Shown: positions 53,714-63,399, counted from the stretch's first letter. The stretch is DNA of 64,000 nucleotides from Candidatus Aldehydirespiratoraceae bacterium (GCA_965214565.1 OZ243951.1:1281017-1345016); one strand, 5' to 3'. The notes: a model not told the origin generated them from the sequence alone. Translations and numbers: made by a program.

Positions 53714-54322
53714 GTGATCGAACTCCCAGCACTCCCCTATCCCCAAGACGCCCTCGCCCCGCACATCAGCGAACGGACCATCGGTTACCACTACGGCAAA
53801 CACCACGCCAGCTACGTCGCCAACCTCAACAAGCTCCTTGCCGAGGATGGGAGTGCTGGTGCGGGCTCGGCCGGCGTGCTCAAGAGGCTCATCACCAGTT
53901 CAGGGCCCGGGGCCGTGTTCAACAACGCTGCCCAGATCTGGAACCACACCTTCTACTGGCAGTCGATGAGCCCCGACGGCGGGGGGGATCCCAGCGGCGA
54001 CTTCGCCGCAGCCATCGTCGACAGCTTCGGGTCGGTCGACGCGTTGCGTGCCGAGCTGACCGCCAAGGCGACCGGCAACTTCGGGTCCGGCTGGACCTGG
54101 CTCGTGCGCCCGGGCGGCGGGGCTGGGGGCGATGTGTTGGCTGTCGTCAACACCGACGACGCCGACAATCCGCTCGTGACCGGACACCAGCCGCTGCTCA
54201 CGATCGACGTCTGGGAACACGCCTACTACCTCGACTACCAGAACGCCCGGCCCGCCTACATCGCCACGTTCCTCGAGCACCTCATCAATTGGGACTTCGC
54301 CGCAGCCAACTACGCCGCCTGA
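53714..54322 (+). CDS. sodA: Fe/Mn superoxide dismutase
   Basis: 'IELPALPYPQDALAPHISERTIGYHYGKHH' and 'DVWEHAYYLDYQN'. I prefer the GTG at 53714 over the listed TTG at 53684. Confidence 0.9.
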   Translation: MIELPALPYPQDALAPHISERTIGYHYGKHHASYVANLNKLLAEDGSAGAGSAGVLKRLITSSGPGAVFNNAAQIWNHTFYWQSMSPDGGGDPSGDFAAAIVDSFGSVDALRAELTAKATGNFGSGWTWLVRPGGGAGGDVLAVVNTDDADNPLVTGHQPLLTIDVWEHAYYLDYQNARPAYIATFLEHLINWDFAAANYAA

Positions 54323-54407
54323 GCCGGAGTTGAGCCGATCCGGCTGGACGGGGGCGACAACTTCCGTGGATCGACAAGGTGTAATGGTTGCAACTGCTGT
54401 CAGCGCA

Positions 54408-54498
54408 GCCAGTCCTCCGCGACGCACGGGTGGCGGCCAGGTGGTCAGGGTCGTGTCACTAACGCTCAGGCCAGTCCTCCGCGACGCACGGGTGGCGG
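54408..54498 (+). repeat. Two perfect 29-bp direct repeats separated by 33 bp
   Basis: 'gccagtcctccgcgacgcacgggtggcgg' occurs at 54408-54436 and 54470-54498. Confidence 0.7.
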
Positions 54499-54658
54499 GC
54501 GGGCATGGCGGGCGGCGGGGCGGAGTCTGGGGCGGGGTGTGTCACGGAACGTGCTGTTGTAGTGCCACAAGGTATGTGATAACTTAATAAACAACAGCAA
54601 TCGGTCCTAATCGTGCCGCCTTGGCGGAGGGCGTGTTAGGGTTCACGAAAGGACAACA

Positions 54659-54943
54659 ATGGAGCCATCCGTGATCGCAACGATCATCAGCGTTACTGCA
54701 ACAATCGTGGTCAGCCTGTGCGGCTACTTCATGTGGGATATGCGCACGAAGATCGACAAGCTTGACAAGAAGTTCGACACGAAGATCGACCAACTCGACG
54801 AGAAGGTCAACACGTTGACGGCAACCGTCGCGGCGATAGCGGCGACCCAGGCCGAGCACGGCAAGAAACTCGACCACATGATGGGGCACGGGGAGCGCAT
54901 CAGCGCACTCGAAGGTGTCACCTTCGGCACCGCCGCTACCTAG
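54659..54943 (+). CDS. Small N-terminally anchored coiled-coil protein
   Basis: 94 aa with an N-terminal TM 'VIATIISVTATIVVSLCGYFMW', then the heptad-like 'KIDKLDKKFDTKIDQLDEKVNTL'. Confidence 0.45.
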   Translation: MEPSVIATIISVTATIVVSLCGYFMWDMRTKIDKLDKKFDTKIDQLDEKVNTLTATVAAIAATQAEHGKKLDHMMGHGERISALEGVTFGTAAT

Positions 54944-54972
54944 TTCACCCAGTTAGCTCAGCGCTCACCCAG

Positions 54973-56010
54973 TTAGCTCAGCCAGGACTTGACCTTACTT
55001 ATTAGGGGCAGCGGATCGCCGCCGACCGGTGTGACCTGCAGACGGGTCACGCCGGCGTTGGCATACGCCTCCACACGCTCCCGCACCCGACCCTCGTCGC
55101 CGACCATCGCCGTGGCATCGAGGAAGTCCTGGGGGACCGCAGCCATCGCCTCGTCCTTACGACCCGCAAGGTACAGGTCCTGAATCCGCTGGGCCTCCTG
55201 CTCATAGCCGTACTGGCAGAAAAGGTTGTTGTAGAAGTTCTGGTCCCTTGAGCCCATGCCTCCCACATACAACGCCACCATGAAACGGGCGCCGTCACGA
55301 ATCTTCCGCGCCTGCGGTTCATCGCAGATCGCAATCGTTCCGCCGGCCACCACCTCCAACGGCCCAAGAGACGGATCACGCTTGGCAGTGCCCTTCGCCA
55401 GGACGTCTCCCCAAACCGAGTTCGCCTTGTCGGGATGGAAGAACACCGGGATCCAGCCGCTGGCGACCTCGGCGGTCACCGCAACATTGGTCGGGCCGAG
55501 CGACGCAATGTAAATGGGTATGTCCGCACGCTTCGGATGGTTGATCAGCTTGAGGGGCTTGCCCAGGCCCGTACCCTGGTCTGGCGGAAGCGGCAACTGG
55601 TAGCTCGGGCCGTCGTGCACCACCACCTCACGGCGCCACACCTTGCGACAGATCTCGATCAGCTCACGCTGGCGGCCGACCGGGCGGTCATAGGGAACGC
55701 CATGCCAACCCTCAATCACCTGCGGGCCCGAGGCACCGATGCCGAGGATGAAACGGCCGTCGGAGACCGCGTCGAGACCGGCGGCGGTCATGGCGGTGAG
55801 CGTCGGCGTGCGCGAGTAGATGGGCAGGATGGCCGACCCGAGCTCCATGGTCTCGGTCTTGGCGGCCAGATAGCCCAGGATGCTGACCGCGTCGAAGCTG
55901 TAGAGCTCCGCCACCCAGCCGACATCGATCCCGGCCCGCTCCAGATCGGCGGCCTGCGCGGCCGCAGCCTTCGGATCGCCGGTGTAGTTGAGTGTCATCG
56001 ACAGCTTCAT
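54973..56010 (-). CDS. LLM-class (luciferase-like) F420-dependent oxidoreductase
   Basis: 345 aa with 'GIDVGWVAELYSFDAVSILGYLAA' and 'RFILGIGASGPQVIEGWHG'. Confidence 0.8.
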   Translation of the reverse strand: MKLSMTLNYTGDPKAAAAQAADLERAGIDVGWVAELYSFDAVSILGYLAAKTETMELGSAILPIYSRTPTLTAMTAAGLDAVSDGRFILGIGASGPQVIEGWHGVPYDRPVGRQRELIEICRKVWRREVVVHDGPSYQLPLPPDQGTGLGKPLKLINHPKRADIPIYIASLGPTNVAVTAEVASGWIPVFFHPDKANSVWGDVLAKGTAKRDPSLGPLEVVAGGTIAICDEPQARKIRDGARFMVALYVGGMGSRDQNFYNNLFCQYGYEQEAQRIQDLYLAGRKDEAMAAVPQDFLDATAMVGDEGRVRERVEAYANAGVTRLQVTPVGGDPLPLISKVKSWLS

Positions 56011-56107
56011 GGGACGTACCTCTATCTCGGTTGGCCTTCTGGGCGGTGGGCGGCGGGCGGTGGGCGGTTGGGGCGGCGGACGGTTGGGAGGGCGGTTCGG
56101 GGAGGAT

Positions 56108-56137
56108 AACTATTGTCAGTGTTGGCGACAATAGGTT
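56108..56137. promoter_or_regulatory. Palindrome in the divergent LLM/sulfatase intergenic region
   Basis: 'ctattgtc' at 56110-56117 and 'gacaatag' at 56127-56134. Confidence 0.25.
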
Positions 56138-56237
56138 ACGGGGTCGTAGTGTCACACCATCGGGCAAGGCTGGCAACCCCTGACCAACCAAACCCTGTCA
56201 ACCGACTCGACCAACCGACAACTCAGGAGAGCGACTC

Positions 56238-58658
56238 GTGCAGCAATACGGCGAATGGCAAGGCAGCATCGGCAGTACCCTCGCCGATTCGGAACCCTGG
56301 TTCCCCGAGCCGCCCCACCCCGGCGAAGACGCCCCCAACGTCGTCATCGTCCTCCTCGACGACCTCGGCTTCGCACAACTCGGCTGCTACGGGTCCGACA
56401 TAGACACCCCCAACATCGATGCGCTCGCCAGCAACGGCCTCCGCTACACCAACTTCCACGTCACCCCCCTTTGCTCACCGACCCGGGCCGCCCTGCTCAC
56501 CGGACGCAACCACCACACCGTCGGGATGCGGGCCGTGTCAAACTTCAACACCGGCTTCCCCAACATGACCGGACACATATCCAACCACGCCGCAACCCTC
56601 GCCGAAGTGCTCCACGACGAAGGCTACGCAACCTTCGCCGTCGGCAAATGGCATCTCGCGCCGATGGAGCAGACCAGCGCGGCCGGGCCCTTCGACCAGT
56701 GGCCGCTGCAGCGGGGATTCGACCGCTACTACGGATTCCTCGAGGGCGAGACCGACCAGTTCAGCCCCGCCCTCACCTACGACAACCACCACATCGACCC
56801 TCCGGGGCGGCCCGACGACGGCTACCACGTGAGCGAGGACCTCATCAACCACGCAATCGGGTTCGTGCACGACACCAAGAGCGTGCGGCCCGACAGGCCC
56901 TTCTTCTTGTATGTGGCCTTCGGGGCCACCCATGCCCCTCACCAGGCCCCCGCCGAATACCTCTCGAAATATCGGGGCCGTTACGACGAGGGTTGGGATG
57001 TCGTGCGGGAGCGGTGGTTCGCCAACCAGCTCGCCATGGGGGTGGTGCCTCCGGGGACCGTTCTGGCACCGCGCAACCCTGGGGTGGAGGCCTGGGACGA
57101 CCTGTCGACGAACCAGCAGCTGCTGGCCTCCCGGTTGCAGGAGGCCTTCGCCGCTTTCCTAGACCACACCGACGTGCAGATCGGGCGGTTGGTCGACGAC
57201 CTGGCCGCGCTCGGCGAGCTCGACAACACGATCATCATGGTGTTGGGCGACAACGGTGCTTCTCAAGAGGGCGGGCCGTTCGGGGTGCTCCACGAGATGA
57301 AGTTCTTCAACGGTGTGCTGGAGACGCCCGACGAGGCGGTGGCGCACCTCGACGAGATCGGCGGACCGCACTCCCACAGCAACTACCCGTGGGGATGGGC
57401 GCAGGTCGGCAACACGCCGTTCAAGTGGTACAAGCAGAACACCCATGAGGGTGGAGTGCACGTCCCGCTGGTGGTGCACTGGCCGAGCGGCCTTGGCGGC
57501 GGTGGCGGCGGTGGCGGCGGTGGCGGCGGTGCTGAGGCTGCGGCGGGCGGCGGTGCCGGGGACCGCGGGATTCGCCGGCAGTTCCACCATGTCAACGATC
57601 TCGCCGCAACGATCTATGATCTTGTTGATATACAACAGCCCGCTGTGCGGCTTGGGCTCGAGCAGATTCCGGTCAGCGGGACATCGCTGGCCTACACGTT
57701 CGACAACCCGGAGGCCCTCACCCGCAAGGAGATCCAGTACTTCGAGATGACGGGGCACCGGGGGCTCTGGCACGACGGTTGGAAAGCGGTGACCCGCCAC
57801 CAGCCGGGGGTCCCGTTCGAGGACGACACCTGGGAGCTGTACCACACCGACGTCGACCCCTCCGAATGCAACGACCTCGCCGCCTCGATGCCCGAGAAGC
57901 TTGAGGAGATGATCGCCCTGTGGTGGCAGGAGGCTGAGACGCACGGTGTGCTGCCCCTCGACGAGCGGCTGATCGAGCTGTTCGCCTCACGGTTCCGTGA
58001 TCGCTCGCCGCACCCCTCCAACAAGACCTATCGCTATTATCCGCCGATCTCGCCGATGGGCAGCCAGTCCGGCGTGCCCCTCGGCGGACAAAGCTGGCAC
58101 TTCACCGCCTCAGTCACCTGCGGAGGTGGTGCGGGTGTGGTCGCTGGGGCTGGAACGGGAGCTGGGGCTGGAACGGGAGCTGGGGCTGGAACGGGAGCTG
58201 GTGCGGGTCCCGCCGCGGAGGCTGGTGCTGGGCTGGACGGTGTGCTCTTCGCCACCGGGACCGAGAACGCCGGCATCTCGATCTACTTGGACGACGGACA
58301 CCTCGTGTTCGACTACAACGCTTTCGACGACCACACTGTCGTGCGCTCCGACGCCGTTGTCGGCCACGGCGTCCACAAGCTGAGCGTCGAGTTTCACCGC
58401 GGACCGTCACGTACGGCCCAGGTCCGGCTGTTGATCGACGGAGAAGCCGTCGGCGAAGGGCACGTCCCGTGGGTCATGTCGATGATCTCCTCGGTCGGGC
58501 CCAGCGTCGGTTACGACGCCGGCTCACCGGTCAGCCGCGACTACACCGACTCCAACCCCTACACCGGCACGCTTCACGATGTTGAGATCCGACTCCTGTC
58601 CCGAGAAGACGTCGAAACCCTCCAAGCCACCGCCCGCGCCGAACTGAGCCGCCAGTAA
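56238..58658 (+). CDS. Arylsulfatase-family protein (formylglycine-dependent)
   Basis: 806 aa with a GTG start after SD 'aggaga'. It has 'VVIVLLDDLGFAQLGCYG' and the 'CSPTRAALLTGR' (CxPxR) motif. Confidence 0.85.
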   Translation: MQQYGEWQGSIGSTLADSEPWFPEPPHPGEDAPNVVIVLLDDLGFAQLGCYGSDIDTPNIDALASNGLRYTNFHVTPLCSPTRAALLTGRNHHTVGMRAVSNFNTGFPNMTGHISNHAATLAEVLHDEGYATFAVGKWHLAPMEQTSAAGPFDQWPLQRGFDRYYGFLEGETDQFSPALTYDNHHIDPPGRPDDGYHVSEDLINHAIGFVHDTKSVRPDRPFFLYVAFGATHAPHQAPAEYLSKYRGRYDEGWDVVRERWFANQLAMGVVPPGTVLAPRNPGVEAWDDLSTNQQLLASRLQEAFAAFLDHTDVQIGRLVDDLAALGELDNTIIMVLGDNGASQEGGPFGVLHEMKFFNGVLETPDEAVAHLDEIGGPHSHSNYPWGWAQVGNTPFKWYKQNTHEGGVHVPLVVHWPSGLGGGGGGGGGGGGAEAAAGGGAGDRGIRRQFHHVNDLAATIYDLVDIQQPAVRLGLEQIPVSGTSLAYTFDNPEALTRKEIQYFEMTGHRGLWHDGWKAVTRHQPGVPFEDDTWELYHTDVDPSECNDLAASMPEKLEEMIALWWQEAETHGVLPLDERLIELFASRFRDRSPHPSNKTYRYYPPISPMGSQSGVPLGGQSWHFTASVTCGGGAGVVAGAGTGAGAGTGAGAGTGAGAGPAAEAGAGLDGVLFATGTENAGISIYLDDGHLVFDYNAFDDHTVVRSDAVVGHGVHKLSVEFHRGPSRTAQVRLLIDGEAVGEGHVPWVMSMISSVGPSVGYDAGSPVSRDYTDSNPYTGTLHDVEIRLLSREDVETLQATARAELSRQ
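57495..57530 (+). repeat. In-frame 9-bp tandem repeat x4 (GGCGGCGGT) inside the sulfatase gene
   Basis: Read directly. It encodes a poly-Gly tract. Confidence 0.85.
58143..58196 (+). repeat. In-frame 18-bp tandem repeat x3 (GCTGGGGCTGGAACGGGA) inside the sulfatase gene
   Basis: Read directly. It encodes (AGAGTG)x3. Confidence 0.85.
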
Positions 58659-58778
58659 CCCCACCCCGGGCATCAAGCCTCACACAGATCCGGTGACGGG
58701 CATTGCTTGAGAGCCGTCTACGGCGTGTTGTGATGTTTCCTGTGATGCAGTGTCACACCCCGGAATTAGGTTGTGATC

Positions 58779-58892
58779 ATGTTCGATTCGATGATCCAGC
58801 ATTCGGAAACGTTCACGAATCCAGAATGCACCCCGGGGGTGGCTGACGTCCGATGCCAATTCGACGGGGACAGCACACGGTCCCGAACTTGA
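58779..58892 (+). pseudogene. Orphan 5' end of a DUF222-HNH (REP13E12-like) gene
   Basis: The leader plus first codons, 'agtgtcacaccccggaattaggttgtgatcATGTTCGATTCGATGATCCAG', parallel 60481-60533 upstream of and into the intact gene. This ORF stops after 37 codons. Confidence 0.45.
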
Positions 58893-59100
58893 TTGATCGA
58901 AGACTTGGCGAGGAGCAGCCGCTCCAGGGAGGAGTACGCCGGTACTGTCGGAGAATCCATCGGACGTTTGCTGCAGGGTTCGGGGCGCCACATCACGGGA
59001 CCGGCCGGGTGGGCACCGGGATCCCCATTCACTCCCTCGTCACGTTTACGACAGGCTGATCCTCGCGCTCGACATCGCAGCGGGACTGACGCCGACGGCG

Positions 59101-60422
59101 TTGACCCGTCGCTCCTTGAGGGAGCTGAAGCCACCAACTCACCTGGGGGAGACGTCATCTCGGATGATCTTGCGTGGGCCGAGGCGCTCTCGATCGCGGA
59201 GTTCTGCATCGAGTCATGCTTCCGAAGCGATGCCATCCATTTCCAACTCACACACGGTCGTCGAGATCTCTAATCTGTACGAAGTCGACGTTAAGCACTC
59301 GGACGATCCGACCGACGTGGACATGAAGGCGTACCGCAACACCCGATCGGCGCACATGTTGCCTGTAGGCGTGCCTATCTCGACCGAGCAGCACGTCGAG
59401 GACGAGGCTGAGGACCCTGAGCCCCGACCGGTGACCGAGTTGATGCCCGAACTCGCTGCGATCGACGCGGCGCTGCGATCCAGTCTCGGTTTTGGCATCG
59501 ATGCCATCACGGGCGTGTTAAATGTGGAGACCCAGCACGACGCCACCCGTGACAGGCCTGCGACGGTCACAACTCCTTATCTATTCGTCCAGCAGTGCGA
59601 CATCTATTCGTCCAGCAGTGCGACAACCTGGCAGTCGGTGCGACCACCGACGAATACAGGGCGGCCCTCGACTGGCTGACCTTGCGTGGACCAGATCTCG
59701 CCGCGGACTTAATCCCGCACTGGGAGATCGAGCGGCGGGCGAAGCGGATCACCACGAACCCCTTCGTCCTCACCCGTGAAGGCATCTGGGTGTTGCCGTG
59801 GACCGCCGAGTCCACTCTGAGGATCCTTGCCAACTACCTCAGTGACGGCCGACTTCCGTGGCCGCCCACGGTCCTTCCTATGGAGGTGAGAAAGGCGCTA
59901 GATCAGTATCGACAACGTCGGAACCGTGAAGTAGAGAAGGACTGTGTAGCGCTGCTTTCAGACCGCGGCCTGATTGTCCGAGGTGCCGTCAAACCTGAGA
60001 AGGCCCACCACTACGGAATCGACAACCTTGCGGGAGAGATCGACGCTTTGTGCATCGACCCGGTTCGATCTCGGATCTGGGTCATCGAGGCCAAAGACCC
60101 CTACACCCCGTACTCTGCTCGGCAGATCCGGCGCCTCGTGAACGACTTCCTGGCAACCGGCAAGTACGTCGATCAACTGCTCCGCAAGGTTGATGACATC
60201 GAGGCGAGCGCTGCATCCGTCGCCGCCGCGCTTGATGCGCACGACCCAGACCGATCGTGGGAGGTGCAAGGATTGATCGTTACTCGACACCTTGAGCCAG
60301 CAGCGTTCGCAGCCGAGCCAAAAGTGGCCTTCTGCGTCCTGGACGACATCGCCGACGTTATTGACCAAGACGACCTCGCTGGCCCCAGAATACACCTAAG
60401 CAGCTACCCGCACGTAGGCTGA
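59101..60422 (+). pseudogene. Nuclease-like gene (C-terminal PD-(D/E)xK-type motif) disrupted by a 23-bp tandem duplication
   Basis: The ORFs 59101-59679 and 59595-60422 join in frame if one 23-bp copy is removed. The C-terminal motif is 'GEIDALCID...RIWVIEAKD'. The true 5' start is uncertain and may lie further upstream in another frame. Confidence 0.55.
59579..59624 (+). repeat. Perfect 23-bp tandem duplication (ATCTATTCGTCCAGCAGTGCGAC x2)
   Basis: Read directly: 59579-59601 equals 59602-59624. Confidence 0.9.
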
Positions 60423-60510
60423 CTCCCCCGCCTTAGCGGTCCCGCCCAGTGCTCTCCACTCGGGATATCTATTATCATGTAGTGTCATACCCTGTTGTTA
60501 GGTTGTGGTC

Positions 60511-61668
60511 ATGTTCGATTCGGTTATCCAACAGGCTCGGGGAGTGGCGGTTTCTGGGCTGTGCCGCGGTGAACTGGAAGGGTTGGTTGCGGGTGCTGGG
60601 CGGGCGATCGCGGCGTTGAACGCTTTGCAGACACGTTGCGCGATCGAGATCGAGGCGTTGGATGATGGTGGGGTGGGTTCTAAGGTGGTGTTGCGTGAGG
60701 CGGGTCGCATGTCGACTCGTGCGGCGAACAAGGTCGCCAAGACTGCTGCTGGGCTCGTGGAGATGCCCAGACTCGCGGAGTCGTTGGCCAGCGGCGCGAT
60801 CACTGCTGAGCATGCTGAGGTGGCTGTGGGGGCGGCGGCGAAAACTTCGCCTCAACAAGTCGAGGATCAACTGTCGGGTCTTGCTGAGGATTGTTCTGTT
60901 GATGCGTTCGCTGAGGCGTCGCGGCGGTGGGTGAACCGCAACCAGCCCGACGACGGAGCCGAACTGTATGAACAACAACGCAAGAACCGGTCGTTGAAGC
61001 ACTGGGTCAACGAAGAGGGCATGGGGGTGCTGTTAGCTGAGCTGGACCCGGTCAGCTATCAGCAGGTACGCAAAGCCATCGACGTCGAATACGACCGGTT
61101 GTGGCGCGACGACGGAGGCCGCGACGGCTCCCCTGATGATCTGCGCACAACACCACAACGCATGGCCGACGCGTTCGTCGCTTTGTTGACCAACCCGGCA
61201 CGCCGCGGACCTGGCAGCACACGCACCCAACTAATTGCAGTTGCCGACATTGAACGCTTACGAGCCGACAACCCGACCGGGGTGGCCGAGATCGTCGGTG
61301 GTGAAGCCTTGCCGCAGACCGTGCTCGAACGGCTCATCTGCACCGCCGCTGTTACCGGCGTGGTGTTTGACGGTGAGGGACAGCCCATCTGGGTGGGACG
61401 CACCCACCGGCACGCCACCGAAGCCCAAATCAAAGCCATCATCGCCCGAGACCGGCACTGCAGAGGCAAAGGCTGCGCGGCCGGTCCCGAACGCTGCGAA
61501 ATACATCACATCAAGCCATGGGAACAAGGCGGACGCACAGACATTGACGAGATGTGTCTCGCCTGTCCGCTGTGCCACCACAACATCCACGACCGCGGCT
61601 ACATCGTCATCAAAACCAAAACCGGTTACCAAATCATCAACCCCAACAACCCACCAAACGGGCCCTAG
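60511..61668 (+). CDS. DUF222 + HNH endonuclease protein (REP13E12-like family)
   Basis: 'MFDSVIQQARG...' with the C-terminal HNH 'RDRHCRGKGC...CEIHHIKPWEQGGRTDIDEMCLACPLCHHNIH'. Confidence 0.8.
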   Translation: MFDSVIQQARGVAVSGLCRGELEGLVAGAGRAIAALNALQTRCAIEIEALDDGGVGSKVVLREAGRMSTRAANKVAKTAAGLVEMPRLAESLASGAITAEHAEVAVGAAAKTSPQQVEDQLSGLAEDCSVDAFAEASRRWVNRNQPDDGAELYEQQRKNRSLKHWVNEEGMGVLLAELDPVSYQQVRKAIDVEYDRLWRDDGGRDGSPDDLRTTPQRMADAFVALLTNPARRGPGSTRTQLIAVADIERLRADNPTGVAEIVGGEALPQTVLERLICTAAVTGVVFDGEGQPIWVGRTHRHATEAQIKAIIARDRHCRGKGCAAGPERCEIHHIKPWEQGGRTDIDEMCLACPLCHHNIHDRGYIVIKTKTGYQIINPNNPPNGP

Positions 61669-61789
61669 AGCGAGCGCCGGCCGGTCCCGACTTGCCCGAA
61701 CGGCCCGGGCGCATCAAGTGGTCGTTCGATGGATCACTCCTTGTGCGGTCCGCAGACGCATGGCCAACATTCCGGCTCCTGGCAATAGG

Positions 61790-62086
61790 ATGCGATCGGT
61801 AACCACACGCGATCAGGGCCTTCCTGAATACGAGAGCCCGCCGGTGGTTGAGGTCTCCTTGGCTGCCCAACTTGACAGGGCTCTCGGTTACAAGGCACAC
61901 GATTTGGCCGAGATCGCACGCCGATGGGAGGACGATCACCCAAACGTGGAGGAGAGGAAGCCGCTTCCGACAATGCGATTCGGGTCGGGCAGGCCCGATC
62001 TGACGTTGGATGCCAAGAGCGCCCAACGCAAACTGAGGGAGGCATCCCGGTTCGTATCAAAGAATGAAATACGGTTGCCGAACTGA
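61790..62086 (+). pseudogene. Possible N-terminal fragment of a TIGR04255-like protein
   Basis: 'LPEYESPPVVEVSLAAQLD' resembles the N-terminus of that family, but the ORF is only 98 aa. This call is weak. Confidence 0.3.
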
Positions 62087-62155
62087 TAGTTGCAGCACGC
62101 TGGCACCATTGCTCGTCAGGGAGCACGATCCCTACGGCCGCGAGGCATCAGTAGG

Positions 62156-62521
62156 TCACATGGGCTCCATGAGCTCGAGGCGGTTGCCGAGAGGGTCGAA
62201 CACATGAGCTCGGAGATAGCCGTCGACGGCCCTGACCTCGGTCGTCTCCAAGTTCTCGGACCGGCAGAGATCGACCAGTTCTGCAACATCGTCGACAACA
62301 AACCCCACATGGGCCTTGCGGGCAGGGCGAAACTCCTGTTCCACACCCAAGTGAAGCTTGATGCTGGGTCCCTCGAACCAAGCCCCACCACGCTTGGCCA
62401 ACTCCGGAGGTTTCGGAACCTCGGTCAATCCGAGCACCCCCGCGTAGAACCCACTCACCAGCCCCTCTGCACCAGCAGGCATCGCCAGCTGAACATGATC
62501 AATCGAATTGACTCTGGCCAT
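62156..62521 (-). CDS. VOC-family (glyoxalase/bleomycin-resistance fold) protein
   Basis: 'IDHVQLAMPAGAEGLVSGFYAGVLGL...HVGFVVDD...DPLGNRLELME'. I prefer the ATG at 62521. Confidence 0.75.
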   Translation of the reverse strand: MARVNSIDHVQLAMPAGAEGLVSGFYAGVLGLTEVPKPPELAKRGGAWFEGPSIKLHLGVEQEFRPARKAHVGFVVDDVAELVDLCRSENLETTEVRAVDGYLRAHVFDPLGNRLELMEPM

Positions 62522-62555
62522 GGTTCCCTCCAGGGGTGCTGGATCACTTGCTGAA

Positions 62556-63341
62556 CTATCGGGTGTAGGCGAGGTTGCGGGCTGCGGTCTCGCCCCAATG
62601 AGCATCACCGGACCAGGAGATCTTGCCGGCGTCGATCTGCGACTGAGGGTCGATACGGCCCGCTGCGAGCATCACAAACGTGGAGACATCGGCGAACACC
62701 TCGACATCGGGGTCGTCAAGCTCGAAAACCCGGCCGGCTCGGCCATCCACACGCACCAAGATGTCGCGGTCAACCGCGCCGCGAATCCGAAAGGCAATAC
62801 TCATCTGATCCGGCAGACCAATCTTCTTGCCCACGATGTAGCCGATCGAGTCATCGACCTCCCGCAGCGAGTTCTCGGCGGTGAAACCCGAATCGTCGAG
62901 AGACTCACCCAGCGGAATTGAAATGTCACGCGCATGAACCCACATGTCGAACACTCGAACCTGCAGGAAACGGCCGTAGCTGGCAATACCAGCAGGCGTG
63001 AACGACGGGCGCTCCAGCACCGCCGGCCCCATCGCGGTGAGATCATCGAGTCGTGAAGCGGTCGTCTCGGCCACAACCTGGGCGAACCCCGACCTGCTCG
63101 AACCCCCCACACGGGCCGCAAAGTCGGCCATCCGCTCAAAGGGCGGCGGGGCCGTATCCGACGGCTCCCATCCAGTCAGCCAATACTCAGCCCCGACGAC
63201 GTGGGTGATAACCCCGCGCACATCCCAGTCGGGACACAGCGACTGCACAGCCATCTGCTCGTCACTCAGGCGACCGACAAGATCGTTGTAGTGGGCGAAC
63301 ATCTCTTGGTGGGCGGCAAAATACTCGTCAAAGGTGCTCAT
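62556..63341 (-). CDS. DinB/MDMPI-family (mycothiol-dependent maleylpyruvate isomerase-like, TIGR03083-type) protein
   Basis: 'MSTFDEYFAAHQEMFAHYNDLVGRLSDEQMAVQSLCPDWDVRGVITHVVG'. I prefer the ATG at 63341. Confidence 0.7.
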   Translation of the reverse strand: MSTFDEYFAAHQEMFAHYNDLVGRLSDEQMAVQSLCPDWDVRGVITHVVGAEYWLTGWEPSDTAPPPFERMADFAARVGGSSRSGFAQVVAETTASRLDDLTAMGPAVLERPSFTPAGIASYGRFLQVRVFDMWVHARDISIPLGESLDDSGFTAENSLREVDDSIGYIVGKKIGLPDQMSIAFRIRGAVDRDILVRVDGRAGRVFELDDPDVEVFADVSTFVMLAAGRIDPQSQIDAGKISWSGDAHWGETAARNLAYTR

Positions 63342-63399
63342 GGCATCGCAACTTACCAGCGGGGTGGCGACAAGAGAATCTGTCAGGCAAACTGACAGT

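Noticed and set aside
53098-54333. 411-aa ORF spanning the C-paralog promoter region and sodA
   Set aside because: It is out of frame with the clearly recognisable Fe/Mn SOD and has an Arg/Pro-rich product. It is spurious.
54408-54498. Two perfect 29-bp repeats with a 33-bp spacer, which are CRISPR-like dimensions
   Set aside because: There are only two repeat copies and one spacer. I saw no cas genes in the window, no clear repeat palindrome and no third degenerate repeat. This is insufficient to call a CRISPR array, so I keep it as a plain direct repeat.
56255-57448. 397-aa ORF overlapping the sulfatase gene in another frame
   Set aside because: The sulfatase frame carries the CxPxR motif and conserved metal-binding N-terminus. 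The alternative frame is Arg/Pro-rich nonsense.
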